Below are positions 28,590 to 45,260 of a stretch of 64,000 bases of DNA, in pieces; within the stretch, counting starts at the first letter, position 1; every line of letters begins with the position of its first letter. The stretch lies in assembly GCF_009914755.1 (NCBI RefSeq), contig NC_060934.1; one strand, 5' to 3'. Under the pieces are notes generated by a model. The model had not been told where the DNA came from, did no database searches, and worked only from the letters and a program-made list of their open reading frames with translations. The position numbers and the translations under genes are program-made. The DNA is from the human T2T-CHM13v2.0 reference genome, Homo sapiens.

Positions 28590-30253
28590 CTATTTTACAT
28601 CGGATCTAAATAAGCTGAACACTTAACTGTAAAACATGTCACCACATTCTAATCATGAGAAGCAAATTACTGAAAAAGTTTTTCTACATAGTGGAATATT
28701 TCTAGCAATTGTTACTTAGTCGTAAAAATATTCTCTTATCTTCTTTTATCTTTTAAGTCATCCAAAGGCCAGATGTTGAGAAATCAGGATGAAGGCCTTC
28801 CCTTTACTGCAAACAATTGGCAGCCTATAATAAGCTTAATTAAATAATTGCTTTGGACTGTCTTGGGTATAATTAATCATTTAGCTCTAAAGAATTGCTG
28901 GAAACAACAGTGGACACAAAATTGAAGCATTCAGGGTTTCTGAGATACATTTTGATGTTCTCACAGCCCTTACTGGCCCTGAGTTAGATAAGTGAATGTA
29001 ATTTGTTTTAAGTTGAATGTCACAGATATTTAGTTGTAAACCTGAAGTTGGAAGACTCTCAGAGCATGGAATTTAAATCCAGTGGACTTTGCGTGTGGGG
29101 TTCTTTCTCCCTAGGTAGAGTAGGGGGAAAAGATGAGAAGAAAGTCTCCAATGTTTGGGAAAGATGAAGACCGTGGGTCCCTTCTCTAGAGCGACAGGAG
29201 GAGGCCGGCCCAGCCATCACCCCAGGCTCAGGCCAAGTTCTGGGGCAGAGAGAAGGGGGTTCTCAGGGTGGTCAGGGTCACCCCCCTGTGGCACTCTTCT
29301 AGGATCCAGGTTCTGGGCTGCGCTCCGTACACTGATCACTCTGCTGACCATGGCTGCAGCTCCCGCCATGACCCCACTGTCCAAGGTGCGCAGGTGGCAG
29401 AGCTGGGGACCCAGTCGGGACCTGTGTGCCCCGGGCTTGGGCCTCTCAACCCCACACTCGCCTGCTTCCCTTTGTGCAGTTTTGAGAGAGGGGCCCAGAA
29501 CCAGCAGGAGCATGAAAAAAGCAGAATTAAAAATGAAAAGGACTAGAATTAGAATTAGAAAGAGAAAATGGAGCCGCTGCTTTGAAAACCAGCGGCCTTC
29601 CTTTAACATGTAAAATCCTGTTGTTTTTCCTTGACAGGAAACAAAGAGGAATCTATTAAAATTTTATTAGTTGATTATTTTAGCTTTCAAAGTGGACACT
29701 CAAGAGACCTATATTTCCTCAAGATAAGTTTTTGTCCTTCTGAAAATTAGTTTTTAATCTCCAAAGCCACGATGCAGCAGGCACCGGGGCCGCTTAATGT
29801 CTGATCCTGATTTTTTTGACTGCACCCGGCAAGCAGGACAGTGGCACATGGATTTTGACTGCCTGTAATAAGATGATGATTAGAAAACATGAATTATCCT
29901 GGCTAGCTCAGTGTCCAACTGCTAACTGAATTTCCTAGAAAAAGACTTTTGGTCTCAGTGTGGTGCTGTCAATCATGTGGTGGAAAAGCAGTTGGCTTGA
30001 AATTTAATTTCGGCTTTTTTTTTTTTTGGAGCAACTCGTGGGTAAAAGTAATATCTCACCCCATACATGTTTGATAAACAGTCGTGGCAGCAGTATTACT
30101 TAACACATACGCACCACAGGGCTTCAGTAATTTCCATGTGAACTACTCAGGTACAGTCAAAACAAATATTCTTTATCCTTTTACTATGCGCGAGACACTA
30201 GGCTAGACATGCAAAGACCCCTTGCCCGTGGCTCCCATTTCAAATATATCTCA

Positions 30254-30647
<394 letters not shown>

Positions 30648-30953
30648 GTGTTATTACCAGCATTACCAGCACATCAATAATAATAATAGCAGCTATGATG
30701 TATGAAAAGATTCCCTGAGTCAGGCTCCTTTTTTAAATTTCAGTGTTATGGAAAAATAATTCACACAGCATTAAGTTCACTCCTTGAAAGCATGCAATCC
30801 AATGGTTTCTAGCTTATTCACTGAGTCATGCAAACATCACCACTATCTAATTGCAGACATTTTCATCATTCCCCCCAAAACTCTGGACCTATCAGCAGTC
30901 ACTCTTGATCCTTCATGGCCCCCATGAGCCAGGCTCTCGAATGTATTACTTCC

Positions 30954-31268
30954 TTTTTTTTTTCTTTTCTTTTCTTTTTTTTTTTTTTTGAAACGGAGTC
31001 TCGCTTTGTCACCAGGCTACAGTACAGTGGCGTGATCTCAGCTCACTGCAACCTCTGACTCCCTGGTTCAAGGGATTCTCCTGCCTCAGCCTCCTGAGTA
31101 GCTGGGATTACAGGCATGTGCCACCACACCCAGCTAGCTTTTGTATTTTTAGTAGAGATGGGGTTTCACCATGTTGGCCAGGAGGGTCTCGATTTCCTGA
31201 CCCCGTGATCCGCCAGCCTCGGCCTCCCAAAGTGCTGGAATTACAGGCATGAGCCACTGTGCTCGGCC
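30954..31268 (-). mobile_element. Alu (Sc-like)
   Basis: Reverse dimer; degenerate TSD gaatgtattacttcct / gaatatattattttct. Confidence 0.94.
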
Positions 31269-31371
31269 AGGAATATATTATTTTCTTTAATATTTACAGC
31301 AATCCTGTAAAGCAGATAACATGAGCCCATTTTACTAATGAGGAAAATAAAGATGAGAGCCCCCAGGTCAC

Positions 31372-31847
31372 TGCAGGGGGTTGAATAGTGTCCCCCCCAG
31401 CCCCCAGAAAAGATATGTTTAAGTCCTAATCTCTGGACCTGTGAACGTGACCTTATTGCGAAAAGGGACTTTGCAAATGTAATTAGATTAAGGATCTCAA
31501 GATGAGATTGTCCTGGACTAGGGTGGGCCATAAATCTAACGACACATGTCCTTAGAAGAGACCGAAGAGGAGACACACAGACGTAGGGAAGAAGGCCAAG
31601 CAAAGATGCAAGCAGAAACGGGAGTGACATCTACAAGTCAAGGCACAGCAGGGATGGCCAGAAGCCACCCAAAGCGAGGAGGGAGATGTGGGAGGGATTC
31701 TTCCGTAGACTCTGCTGAAGAAACCAACCCTGCTGACCCCTTGATTTCAGACTTCTGGCCTGAAAAGCAGTGAGAGACTAAATTTCTGTTGTTTGAAGCC
31801 ACCTAGTTTATGGCAGTTTGTGAAGGTAGCCCTATGAAACAGACACA
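31372..31847 (+). mobile_element. MaLR solo LTR (MLT1C-like)
   Basis: gttgaatagtgtccccc...gacctgtgaacgtgaccttatt...ccaaccctgctgaccccttgatttcagacttctggcct...aaatttctgttgtttgaagccacc. Confidence 0.85.
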
Positions 31848-34241
31848 GCCATACAGCCAATCAGCAGCAGAGCCAAGATGTCCCAGTTGGGACCTGGCTC
31901 CTGGGCCTGGTCACTTGCCCTCATCAGACTGGATGGTTAGCCTCCTCTTCAGGGTCACGCACAGCACTAATGCTGGGGATGACCTTCGAGGCTGATGAGT
32001 GACCTTCGAGGTCCAGGTTAGCCAACCCTTCCTTCAGGATCCCCAGCATCTAGGGCCCTTCTGCGGAATTCCTCGTGTGGTTTTGTGCAACCTGCTTCCT
32101 GTCACTAACAACATTTTATTAAATTGATATCTGGCTCCCTTTACACACCCAGGGAATAGTTTCCTTATTTTCGTTGTTTTTTTTAGAACCAGCATTGCAG
32201 TTTGCACGTGACCAGTAGGTGAGTAAGTGATCACTAAATATTTGCAGGACTATTGAACAAGCATAAGACTGAACTAGAGGCTTTGACAAGTAAGCCATGG
32301 GAGAGCCAAGGTGGGCTGGAGTGCAATGGGTTGGCAGGATTTATGACATGATCTAGTAGTGTTTTTAAAACATGACCTTCTAGAATGTGCAACATGGCAA
32401 TGAAAGGAGGGGTGGAGACAGAAGCACAGTGGGGGAGGCAATTTTCAAATCTAAGAGGGGGGTTGAACAAGGATGGTGATAGAAGAGAGGGATGAAGGAG
32501 ACGCTATAGGGGAGAGCGTGCAGGGCCTGGGTGGATACAATAGGTTACAGAAATCTCCCTGGGGTCAGGCTTATAGACTCGAGGTGGTGTGGACCTTCTG
32601 GACAAGAGGTCAGGTGGAGAGCCAGTCTGGAGACCTACCCAGAGGAGTTTAGATTGAGACATCCTGAGTTTTGAGTGACAGTGGGGCCCGGGGAGAGCTG
32701 AGAGACTTGACCTTGGATCTCCTTCAGAGCAGATGCCACCTGGCAAAACCACCGTGGCTGGTGGCCAGTGGATCCCTGTGGCATGCACGTCAAAGCTTCT
32801 TGCTGACTCGTGCACATGTCCAACAATATCTGCAAACAGCTGAGGTGGGCCCCCAGGGATGGCTCTCACAGGAGTTTACCCGGATGTCCAAAGATCTCCA
32901 TGGGAGGAAGCAGAAGGGAGAAGGGAAGCAGTGTGGAAACCTGGCTAGAGACACCTGGCCAGAGGTTGGAGGAGAGCCAGGTGGGCTAGTCAGACAGGTG
33001 CTGATGGAGCGAGCACCACAAGTGCAAAGGTGAAGGTCAAAGTGGCTTTACCGCCATTCCATGCCAATTTCCTCCTTCATATGATCTACTGCACTTTAAA
33101 TAGTTTTTAAAAAGTGGATTGGCCAAAATTAAGGTTTATGAACTGCCTGACCTTTGGGAGGGCACATCTATTCCTGCACTACTTACTGAGTACTTGTAAC
33201 ATGCCAGGGTCTAGGACACAGCCGTGTTGGGGCACCCAGTCCCTGCCTTCCTGGAACTCCCAGTGTAGCAGACAGGAAGGTGAAGGCAAGGCCACCTCCA
33301 TGCACCTGACCTTCTGGGTGTTAGACCTATACGTTGCAGGCACCTCGTAGAATGAGGTATGGCAGTTACCAAGGCATGGGCAAGGAAGGATAGGGGCCTT
33401 AAGACAGGGACGTAAACACATATTTACAAAGCACCTGCTATGCTACCAGAACTACAATGTATGAGGAAATGCATGACAGCACATGGCTGAGCCAGATGGT
33501 GAGGAGATGGGGACACCAGGAGAGGCTTCTTGGAGGAGGAAGCAGTGTTTGACTTGGGCCTTGAGGGAAGAGTGGATCTTCCAAAGTCAAAAGGGAGGGC
33601 AGGGAGTAGTGTGTCCCAGGCAGAGGGGCAGCACCACGCATGTGGCAGCATGCTCTGGAAACAGCCAAAAAAACAGCATGGCGGGAATAGGGTGGTTTCC
33701 TCAGGAAGGGGATGGTGGGACTGAAAAAGAAGATTGGATCCAAATTATGCAAGAGGTTTACCAGAAAAAAAATTGAACGGGGGTCAGCCAGGCTTGGGTT
33801 TAAGATCTAGTTTTGCCCACTATCACTGAGAGGCCATGAGGAAGTCACTTTTGTGGTCTCTGCTTTTTACCTGTAAACCAAGGAGCATGAGACCTGCTCG
33901 TGGCTTGTGTGAGCTTCCCATGAGGACAAGGAAAGGTGAGGTGCCAATTCAGGAGAGGCCCCGGTCTGCAGCTGGGATGAGGAAGGGAAGTGAGCTGGGT
34001 CAGTACCTGGTGATATGGGGATGGGGCAAAGGGCTTTGAGAGGGTGGCGATTTCAAGGTGCAAACTGCATGACAGCAATGCTGGGGGTTGGGAAACGAAC
34101 TCCAGGCCCCTGAGGATGCTATGCCTTAGTTGGCTGCTCAGGTGACAATAACATCTGCCCCATTCTCATGAAAACAGGAATCATAACAATGAAGAAAAAT
34201 AAAGTATGACCTACTGCAACTATCATCAGCACCCCACAGAG

Positions 34242-34702
34242 TGGGTACGCATGTGAGTGTGTGGTGTACATGTGGGAATGTGTGCAAGTGGGCGCCTGTG
34301 CATGTCAGTGTGTGGTGCGCGTGTGGGAATGTGTGCAAGTGGGGGCCTGTGCATGTGAGTGTGTGGTGTGCATGTGGGAATGTGTGCAAGTGGGCGCCTG
34401 TGCGAGTGTGTGGTGTGTGTGTGGGAATGTGTGCAAGTGGGCGCCTGTGCGAGTGTGTGGTGCGTGTGTGGGAATGTGTGCAAGTGGGCGCCTGCCCATG
34501 TGTGTGGTGCGCGTGTCGGAATGTGTGCAAGTGGACGCCTGCGCATGTGAGTGTGTGGTGCGTGTGGGAATGTGTGCAAGTGGGCGCCTGTGCGAGTGTG
34601 TGGTGCGCGTGTGGGAATGTGTGCAAGTGGGCACCTGCCCATGGGAGTGTGTGGTGCGCGTGTGGGAATGTGTGCAAGTGGGAGCCTGCGCATGTGAGTG
34701 TG
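34242..34702. repeat. GC-rich minisatellite, 9 copies of a 47-51 bp unit
   Basis: Unit approximately gtgtgtggtgcgcgtgtgggaatgtgtgcaagtgggcgcctgtgc(atgt)ga; cores at 34271, 34322, 34373, 34420, 34467, 34514, 34563, 34610, 34661. Confidence 0.96.
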
Positions 34703-37145
34703 AGGACACCTCGTGCTCAGGTGTCACCAACCCCATTTAAAAAGGAAATAACTATGATGACAACCAGTCTCTAGTGTACGATCTGATCGAGATACCACTT
34801 CCTCATCTAGCAAGTGAGCTTGGCTCAGGTCTTTTAAAGCACAGGTAGGCCCTGAAGAAATTCAGCTTCAGTCGAACCTCTGTGCCTGCAGGTGATGAAG
34901 ACTTGGGGCTCATTCCAATGCCAAGAGCCCATGAGACTCCTCCTGCCAGATACCTGAGTCAGAGCTGAGAGAGCGGGGCAAGAGAACCAGAAAAATTAGG
35001 GAAAGACAACCTTTTCCCTCCAGGAGCTCATGCTCCAGCCAGGAGCTGAAGCAGTGGGAACGTGGCATTTAGGAACAAACTCAGAAGACGGGTGCATGGC
35101 TGTTTTGATGCCCCAGCAGGAGCATGACAGGGCTGGACGTCTATCCCATTACAAAGTACAGTGGGTCGGTTCCTCTGGGCCAGGAGCTGGATTCTCTTCC
35201 CATCTCAGTGACAGTTTGATGTCTGTGCCCTGCAGAGTTGCAGATTATCTGAAGCTCATGGCTGTGCCTCCAGGCTCCCTGGCTGGCAGGAATGAGAGCA
35301 CCAAGCCACCAGAGCAAATTGGGAACCAGAATGTAAAAAGGGGGAGGAGAATCACAAGCACTTCACCGAAACCGTATTAACTGGGAGTTGCGCATCGATG
35401 GGAGACATACGATACGGGACAAAATTAACGTATGGCCTCAACTTCACATTCGACTTGGAGTCATTTCAAAGTAAGAATAAACTCCATGGCTGAACTCCTT
35501 TTTACGACCCATTTTCCATGTTGTACTTCATTCCCTCCATTCAAGAGCCATCTCCTCTTTCATGTCCCTTTCTACTGAGATCTTTGTGCTGTTTTTGTCT
35601 CCGTGTGCTTTCCGCTTCAAGCTTCAAATGATGAAAAACAACTTGTTAATTCCCTCCTTCTTCTATGTTCTAGAACAGAGTTTTTTTCTTCCTGCTGATT
35701 TGTGATCCTGTGTTTTTGAAGCAATGTGGGATGTTCTTTCGCTGCAAAACTGGAATCTGTTGGGCTGTAATTAATGTGTCTTCTAGGACACCCCAGCTTC
35801 CCTCCAGGTTCCTAGATCTTAATATGTTTCTGGAGCACACCACATTTAACACAATTTTTAATCCCCATTTTCTTTCTTAACAGCTAGCAGGCTGGGGCTA
35901 CTCTAGTTGCATTTTTTTTTTCCTTTTACTTCCAGTCTCAATCAATTCTTCTGTCAGTGAGCAGTTGATCAGATACAGCTTCCCCTCACCCTGGTCTGAT
36001 TCTTGACTTGAAAGATCATAAAGTTGACTGTACAGCTGCGGAATTTCTCTGTTGATGCACGGTCTGCTGCTTTTGTAACAACAGCACAAAGATCTGGGAA
36101 GTCAAAATTCTCAGAAGCGCCCACAGTGAGGAGTTCATTAGACCCACACAGCGTTCCTCATCACCATTCCCATTCCCTCTTGGTGGCTGACACCAGACAA
36201 TGCAGCACTTACTCTTCTGACTTTTCCTGAAATCCCAGCTGCAAGGATTTCACAATATTCTTTTCTGCCAAATTTATGAGTCTGTGCCTGCTCCTGGGGA
36301 TGCGGGGTGGATGTGGAGACTCAGACACTGCAGAGTCTGGCCAGCGAGGTCGTCACCACCATGCGGAAGGAACTGGCAACCCTGACAGTTGCCCTGCACC
36401 TTTGTGGGAGGCTGAAAGAGCTAAGGCAGCGTGCCTGGCACACGGTGACTACAGGGCTGGCCTGGGAAGAGGGATGGAGGGTTGTGACTGAGTGGCAAGG
36501 CCAAGCCCTATGGGAGGATTTGTCTTGCTTGGATATTACTCTAGGAATACCTTCCCCAGTTGTCACTCTAATGAGTTAATGTCACTAGTTTATAAGTTGT
36601 TTTATTAAGGTAAATAGGAGCTATTAGGAACTCCTTGTAGAGAATCCTTTTCTCTTTGCCCATCAAGAATCTGATAGCCCTATAAAGATAACCTGAAAAT
36701 TATCCAGCCAATCCTGGATGTTTCCATTGATGGCTGATCTCAGTTTTGATAATTGGGAATTTCTTCATAATTGTTGCTGGAAGAGGCCTATTTGTTTCTG
36801 AGTGTCCCTGGCTCTCAGCTGTCTTCTTTTTTTTTTTTTTTTTTGGCAAAAGCTCATTGCATTTCTTTGGTACATTCACCCCTTCCCTGCTCCCTGCCTC
36901 GGGGACCCTGGGTGCAGTTTTCCCTCAACCTGGTCCAGGATATAGGGCCATAACCTGTTTGATCAGACTACTAAGCTCCCCACTGACAACTCTGATTGTT
37001 TCACAGATGAGCCAGTGGCCTAGTCAGAGCCACTGGGATGTGTTTAGATGACCTCCACTGAGCTTGGGAGAGAGGCCCTTATTCTTCTTCTTGCTTTTTG
37101 AGCATGGAAGCCTCATGCTGCCAACAAAACAAAACAACAACTGCC

Positions 37146-37525
37146 TATTATGGACTGAGTGTTTATATACCCTGCAAATTCATATGTTAGAGCCATGGCC
37201 CCCATGTGATGGTATCGGGAGATGGGGCCTTTGGGAGCTGATCAGGCTCAGATGAGATCATGAGGGAAGCCCCATGATGGGATTCGTGCCCTTATAAGGG
37301 ACACCAGAGCTTCCTCCCTCTGTACACGCACAAAGAGAGGTCACGTGAGCACACAGCAAGCTAATGACTGCCTGGAAGCCAAGAGAAAAGGCCTCAGGAG
37401 GAAAAATCAATCTTGTCAGCTCATTGATCTTGGACTTTACAGGCTCAAGAACTGTGAGAAATAAAATTCTATGGTTTAAGCCAACCAGTCTATGGTATTT
37501 TGCTATGGCAGCCCATGCTAAGATA
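37146..37525 (+). mobile_element. MaLR solo LTR (MLT1A-like)
   Basis: tatggactgagtgttt...aaattcatatgtt...agaactgtgagaaataaaattctatggtttaagcc...tggtattttgctatggcagcc. Confidence 0.85.
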
Positions 37526-37690
37526 GTGCCTGAGAATGAAAGTAACACAGAAGAAGGTAGAGGCTTGAGATAGAAAATAGACCGTGATAATATTAGCTAG
37601 GACCCTGTATCCAGCCATGCCTAGATTTTTCAGTAGCATAAGCCTATCTCCACATTATTTTGTTTTTCTTTAAGTCAGTTTGAATTCGTG

Positions 37691-37980
37691 TTTTTTTTTT
37701 TTTTTTAGTTGTAGTCTTACTCTGTCGCCAGGTTGGAGTGCAGTGGTACAATCTCGGCTCACTGCAACCCCCGCCTCCCGGGTTCAAGCAGTTTTCTGCC
37801 TCAGCCTCCCAAGTAGCTGGGACTACAGGAGCATGCCACCACGCCCAGCTAATTTTCGTATTTTTAGTAGAGATGGGTTTTCACCATGTTGGCCAGAATG
37901 GTCTCGATCTCTTGACCTTGTGATCCACCCGCCTCGGCCTCCCAAAGTGCTAGGATTACAGGCGTGAGCCACCGTGCCCC
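37691..37980 (-). mobile_element. Alu (Sc-like)
   Basis: Reverse dimer with T tail. Confidence 0.93.
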
Positions 37981-39269
37981 CGGGCAGCTTTTCTCTTCTT
38001 TACACACAATGACCTTAATGCCAAATTGAAGGCTGAAAATATCCAGCCTTCAACACATGACCTTTGAAGAAAGAGGTCCACCTTTCAGGCCCCAGAGAGG
38101 CACAATAGTAAAGTGTGGACTTCCCTTTCCAAGTGTGTGTGGTCCTTACTACCATGGCCTTGTGTATCTCTGCCCTGGTCTCTACAGGAGCTGCAAAGCT
38201 TTGCAAGGAATTATCCCAGGAGTGCTGCATGAACACCCCCGCCCCCCAACTAGTCCAGTCCCAGAATCAAAGAACAAAGACTGTCTCATGATGCTCACTA
38301 GAGGTGGGCACAGGGCTTGGCTTTCCTAGAGGTCACTGCATTTGTTTACTGTTTCTCCCCTGGCACCCATCACAGGGGAGAAACAAACTCAAACTTTGTT
38401 TGAACATGCAAACTTCCCACCATGCAAACTGGGGCTCAGAGAGGCCCAGTGACCTGTCCATCGTCACACAGCTAATTCACCACCCTGACTATCATGTTCT
38501 AGGGTGAGAACATCTACCTGGGGTCCCAGAGTATCCATTTTGAATTGGTCACTCACCTTCACCTCAGATGCCACCAGGTCTGATCCCATTTCACCCCCTC
38601 ATCTCTGTCTCCTCCAGGAATTCAAGCACTGGTTTTCCATGAAAACTGGCCCCTTATCCCCCACAAGTCTTTAATCCTCTACTGACCCTATCCCCACTCC
38701 CTTTTCCCTAACCCTTTCCACTGTGCTCTTGGGGCTCATGGTCCATCCTCAAATCCTATCCTGATCCAAATCTCTTCCAGAATATTCCTCTTACCTTCTT
38801 CCCCTAGCTGAATCCTGGCTGATTCCACTGATATCACCTCCCCTGCAGCCTCTCAGGATGACACTTCATTACTTAAAATTTCTCCCTCATGTACCTCAGC
38901 TCCTTGGTGGTGAACAGTTGTCATCTTTGCTCTAAATTGTCACTTCCAAACTCTCCTTCTTCACCTTCTCCTGAGCGCCCACTCTGCATGCTGGGCGTGT
39001 ACGCGTATTGGAGTCCCTGCCTGGTAGTGGATTTTGCTGCATCTTCAGTAGGTCCTTTCATGTGCTCACACCCCACGCTTCCTCAGGAAAGTGACTTTAA
39101 GACACAGATCACTAACAAAATTTAGAGTCGCCAGCCTCTCTAATACCCGTGGAAAGGTCTCTCGACTCTCACAAAAGTTGCCACCTTTGACCAGGCCTGC
39201 CCCACCACCTCTTACCAGAGTTACTCTGAAGACACCTACCCAAGCCTCCGCTTCTGTGCACATTCCCTA

Positions 39270-39825
39270 CAGTCTATTTCCAGCCTGGCAGCTGGAGTGC
39301 CCCTGTAAAAATGTGAAGTCAGACCACATCACTTCAGCTCCAAGCTCCCTGGCACCCATCACTGGGGGGGAGGCCAAAGGACATCTGATCACCTTCGTGA
39401 CCCCTGGTGATCCTACCTTTCCACTTCCCTTCTGACCTCATTTCTCTCTACTGCCTCCCTGTCCCTGTCCACTCTAGTTATGCTGGCCACCTCGCTGCTC
39501 TGGGAATATCCCAGGCATCTTTCTGCTTCAGGAGCTTTGCACATGCTCTTCTCTCTGATATGCTACCTACCTCATCTAAAGGGCTCACCTCACCTCCTTC
39601 CGAACCTCCCTGACTACCTGTTGCCTTTCCTGTCCTCCATCTCAGCTTTGTCTTTCTCCATGATCCTTGACATCATGTATCTTACTCTATGTCCATTGTC
39701 TGTTCCTTCCACTAGGAAGTGCTCCAGGAAGAATGCATTTTGTTCAGTGCCGTGCCCCCAGAACCTAGAACAGAACTGGCAATGAGGAAGCACTCAAGGA
39801 ATGTTTTCTGAACGAATGAATAACT
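39270..39825 (+). mobile_element. L2 LINE 3' fragment
   Basis: aaaatgtgaagtcagaccacatcact...ctttgcacatgct...ccccagaacctagaacagaactggca...gcactcaagg..tgttttctgaacgaatgaa. Confidence 0.7.
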
Positions 39826-41293
39826 GAAGAGAAGCAAATTCAAACCACAAGGCACCTCCTTCACTTTTCAGAGTAGCAGACATCTTAAAGTTCAATTGTG
39901 TTGCATAAATAGGACATAAAAATGCTTTTAAAAAAATGCAGGTATGCAGAAATGTGTGTGTGCATGCAAATGTGTGTGTTCACTCAATGATTTGGGTCTG
40001 TGTCTGCTAACTTGGAGAGACAGACAGGGTTGGGTGACAAAAGAAAGCCGTAGAATGATGTATATGATGTGACTCTATGTTTGTAAAAATAAACAAATAC
40101 ACACCCCAATCTCTGACTATGTGTTTACATGCACAAGGGATGAGAAAGCTGGGAGGGGAATTCCCAGCTTGCATTTTTATCTGAGTGGGACTGGAACGGG
40201 ATGAACGAGGAAGAGGAATAGCTTTGTGTACTTATTTTTAGTTACATGAAAGGACCAACGCTGGTAAATACTTAGAGATAAATCAGATGTAGTGAGCAAT
40301 GGGGAACATGTGAGCAAATAGAACTCTCATTCTCTGCTGGCTGGAGTAGAAGTGAGGGCAGCAAAGAATAAACTGGTAGGTGTGTGGTTGTTGTGTGTGT
40401 CACATGCATATTCTCATCCTCCATGATCCCACACAGAACCTGCAAAGACGTCACAGGAACTGCTGATGCGCAGAATGTGATTCTGCTTTTTAACTCAAGC
40501 AGGTATATCCTTCCAGGGCCTTCTCTCTCTTCCCTCCCATGGAATCATGCTTTGGTGCCTTGGGCCAAAGTTACCCAGGACTCTGAGGATACAAACATTT
40601 AGTTCACAAACTCGATAAGCAAATCCAGTAAAAAGGCTGAAACAGCTGGAAATTTATCAAACAAAATGATTTTCCTGGGGAGCACATAAGGGCCACCTGA
40701 TGGCCAATAACTGTGATGTGGAAGGAAGCGGGCTGTGAGTAACACCTGGGGTTGACTTGTCTAGCATGGGAAGGTAATTGTTTCCTGCATCATGCCCGTA
40801 GCATAGTAGCAAACCCCCTACCAATCCATGCCTCTATTCAACTCACCTTGGTTGTTGCTAAATTAGTTTCCTTACTTTGTTTCCTAATGAGAGGAGGCCC
40901 TTTAAGATTTACATTAAGCTAGCAGCTTCAACATTGGTATGTAATGTTCTATCTTTTAGCACTGGGAATTATAAAGCATCAGAGCCACATAAATGGAAAA
41001 TAATTCACAAAATGCTTGGATGCAGAAACTCAACCAGTTCAGTCGCTTTTACCCCACCAGGCCTGAGGATGGCACTGTAAGAGGGGGCATGAACATGAGG
41101 CTAAGATCCTGGGTGGCCATGCTCTTGTAAGCAGTGGAGAGAGGGCCTCCGTGTTCTCTTGCCTAGGTGGAGGTGTAGCTGAGCTGGGAGCCCCCATCAC
41201 TCACTCTCAGTGCTTTAGCACGAGCAGGAAAAGACAGAGGTTGCCTGCAGTAGATGGCTGAAGACTAGAGCCGCCATGGTCATGGCCACTTAC

Positions 41294-41370
41294 CTGAGAC
41301 CAGAACACGTGCTGAGACTGACTGCTGAATCAGAATATCCCCGTACATGTCCATGGTAGTAACAGTGACC
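41294..41370 (-). CDS. ADAM12: ADAM12 exon 5 (GHCYYHGHVRGYSDSAVSLSTCSGL-R), 77 nt
   Basis: Acceptor tctctcctcctcccctttag|GGT; donor CAG|gtaagt; ADAM prodomain HCYYHG and LSTCSGLRG motifs; absent from the ORF track. Confidence 0.97.
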
Positions 41371-42529
41371 CTAAAGGGGAGGAGGAGAGAATCCCATTTC
41401 AGTTATAACACATTTTTGCCCACTTATAATAAATCAACTGCCTCTTGTTTTTAACTATAGAATTTTCCATTGCATAAAATATTGTTCTACAGTCTTAATA
41501 TTTAATGCAAAGCCCAACATGACCCAGCCAGGGTCTATGTCGGGAATATCTGATTTACTTACAGATTACCAACAGCGGTTTTTAAATGAACCCTAGTTTC
41601 ACTCTTGTCTCTCTGGCACCCTACAGGAAAGCCCTGATACAGAACGTTTTACAAAATCCAGCAGCAAAACAAATCACATTGACATCGCCATTTTACCCTC
41701 ATGTAAATTGTCTTTTGTAATGAGATGAAGAACTGTAGGGGGTATTTAAGCACACTGTGAAATGTAATAAAACAAGGCCTAAATCTGTGGCTTATGAAAA
41801 CGGGAAAGCAGATGAGAGGAAGTGGGGGTGAAGAAGGAAGGAGGGGACCTCACTGAATTACCCAATTGAGAGCTGAAAGTCTATCTCGGCAGGAAAGAAA
41901 AATAGGAAGGTCTTCTAAGTCTAAGACAAAAGTTCCCGTGTGTCATGCCTGCAATATTCTATTCTTTGATAATGTCACAGCTTACAAAAAGAAACCACAG
42001 CACAGACACTTCCTTAGTGAAGACAGATATCAGTCCGGAATCAAGGTTAATTTTATCATTGAGCAAAGGTTATGCTGCAGCCCCAATTAAGTGGCAGACT
42101 GGCAAGAAGTGGCTGAGTATACTCAGTACTCCTCACTCAGATCCTCTGGACGCCAGCTGGGTGCAGGTCTCTGCAGAGAAAGGTACATGCATCTTCTCAG
42201 GGTTCCCTCTGAGAAGCTCCTCTTTTGAGCAGCTCAGGTGTTAGTCTGTCTCCACTGCACCCTCCTTAGCACACAGCTCCTTCACACACGACAACAGTCA
42301 TGCACTTTGTCCAGCGCAGAGCTTGGTGTCCAGTCATTCTGCCCAACAAAACCCACCTTGACTTTGCTAAGAAAAAGCACCAGATGCAATTGAGTCATGA
42401 AGAAAACCAGACACCACCATGGGAAAGGGGCTAAGATGATCTCTTGGTCTCAACGTAGATGACAAAATTCTCAGATCATCTAAAAGGCGATGAAAGGAGG
42501 GTGATAGGGTTAAGGGGTTGCAGGGACAT

Positions 42530-45260
<2,731 letters not shown>

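Noticed and set aside
29155-29613. GC-rich patch with overlapping 152/130-aa ORFs, a possible processed pseudogene
   Set aside because: No recognisable parent protein, polyA or TSD; part resembles a decayed MIR head. A BLAST search would settle it
29870-29932. C/D-box snoRNA-like ATGATGA...CTGA
   Set aside because: Antisense to the host transcript, short and lacking a terminal stem
34138-34774. Six overlapping ORFs and a CRISPR-like regular repeat
   Set aside because: Units are contiguous tandem copies with no unique spacers, there are no cas genes and the DNA is primate; the ORFs are repeat artefacts
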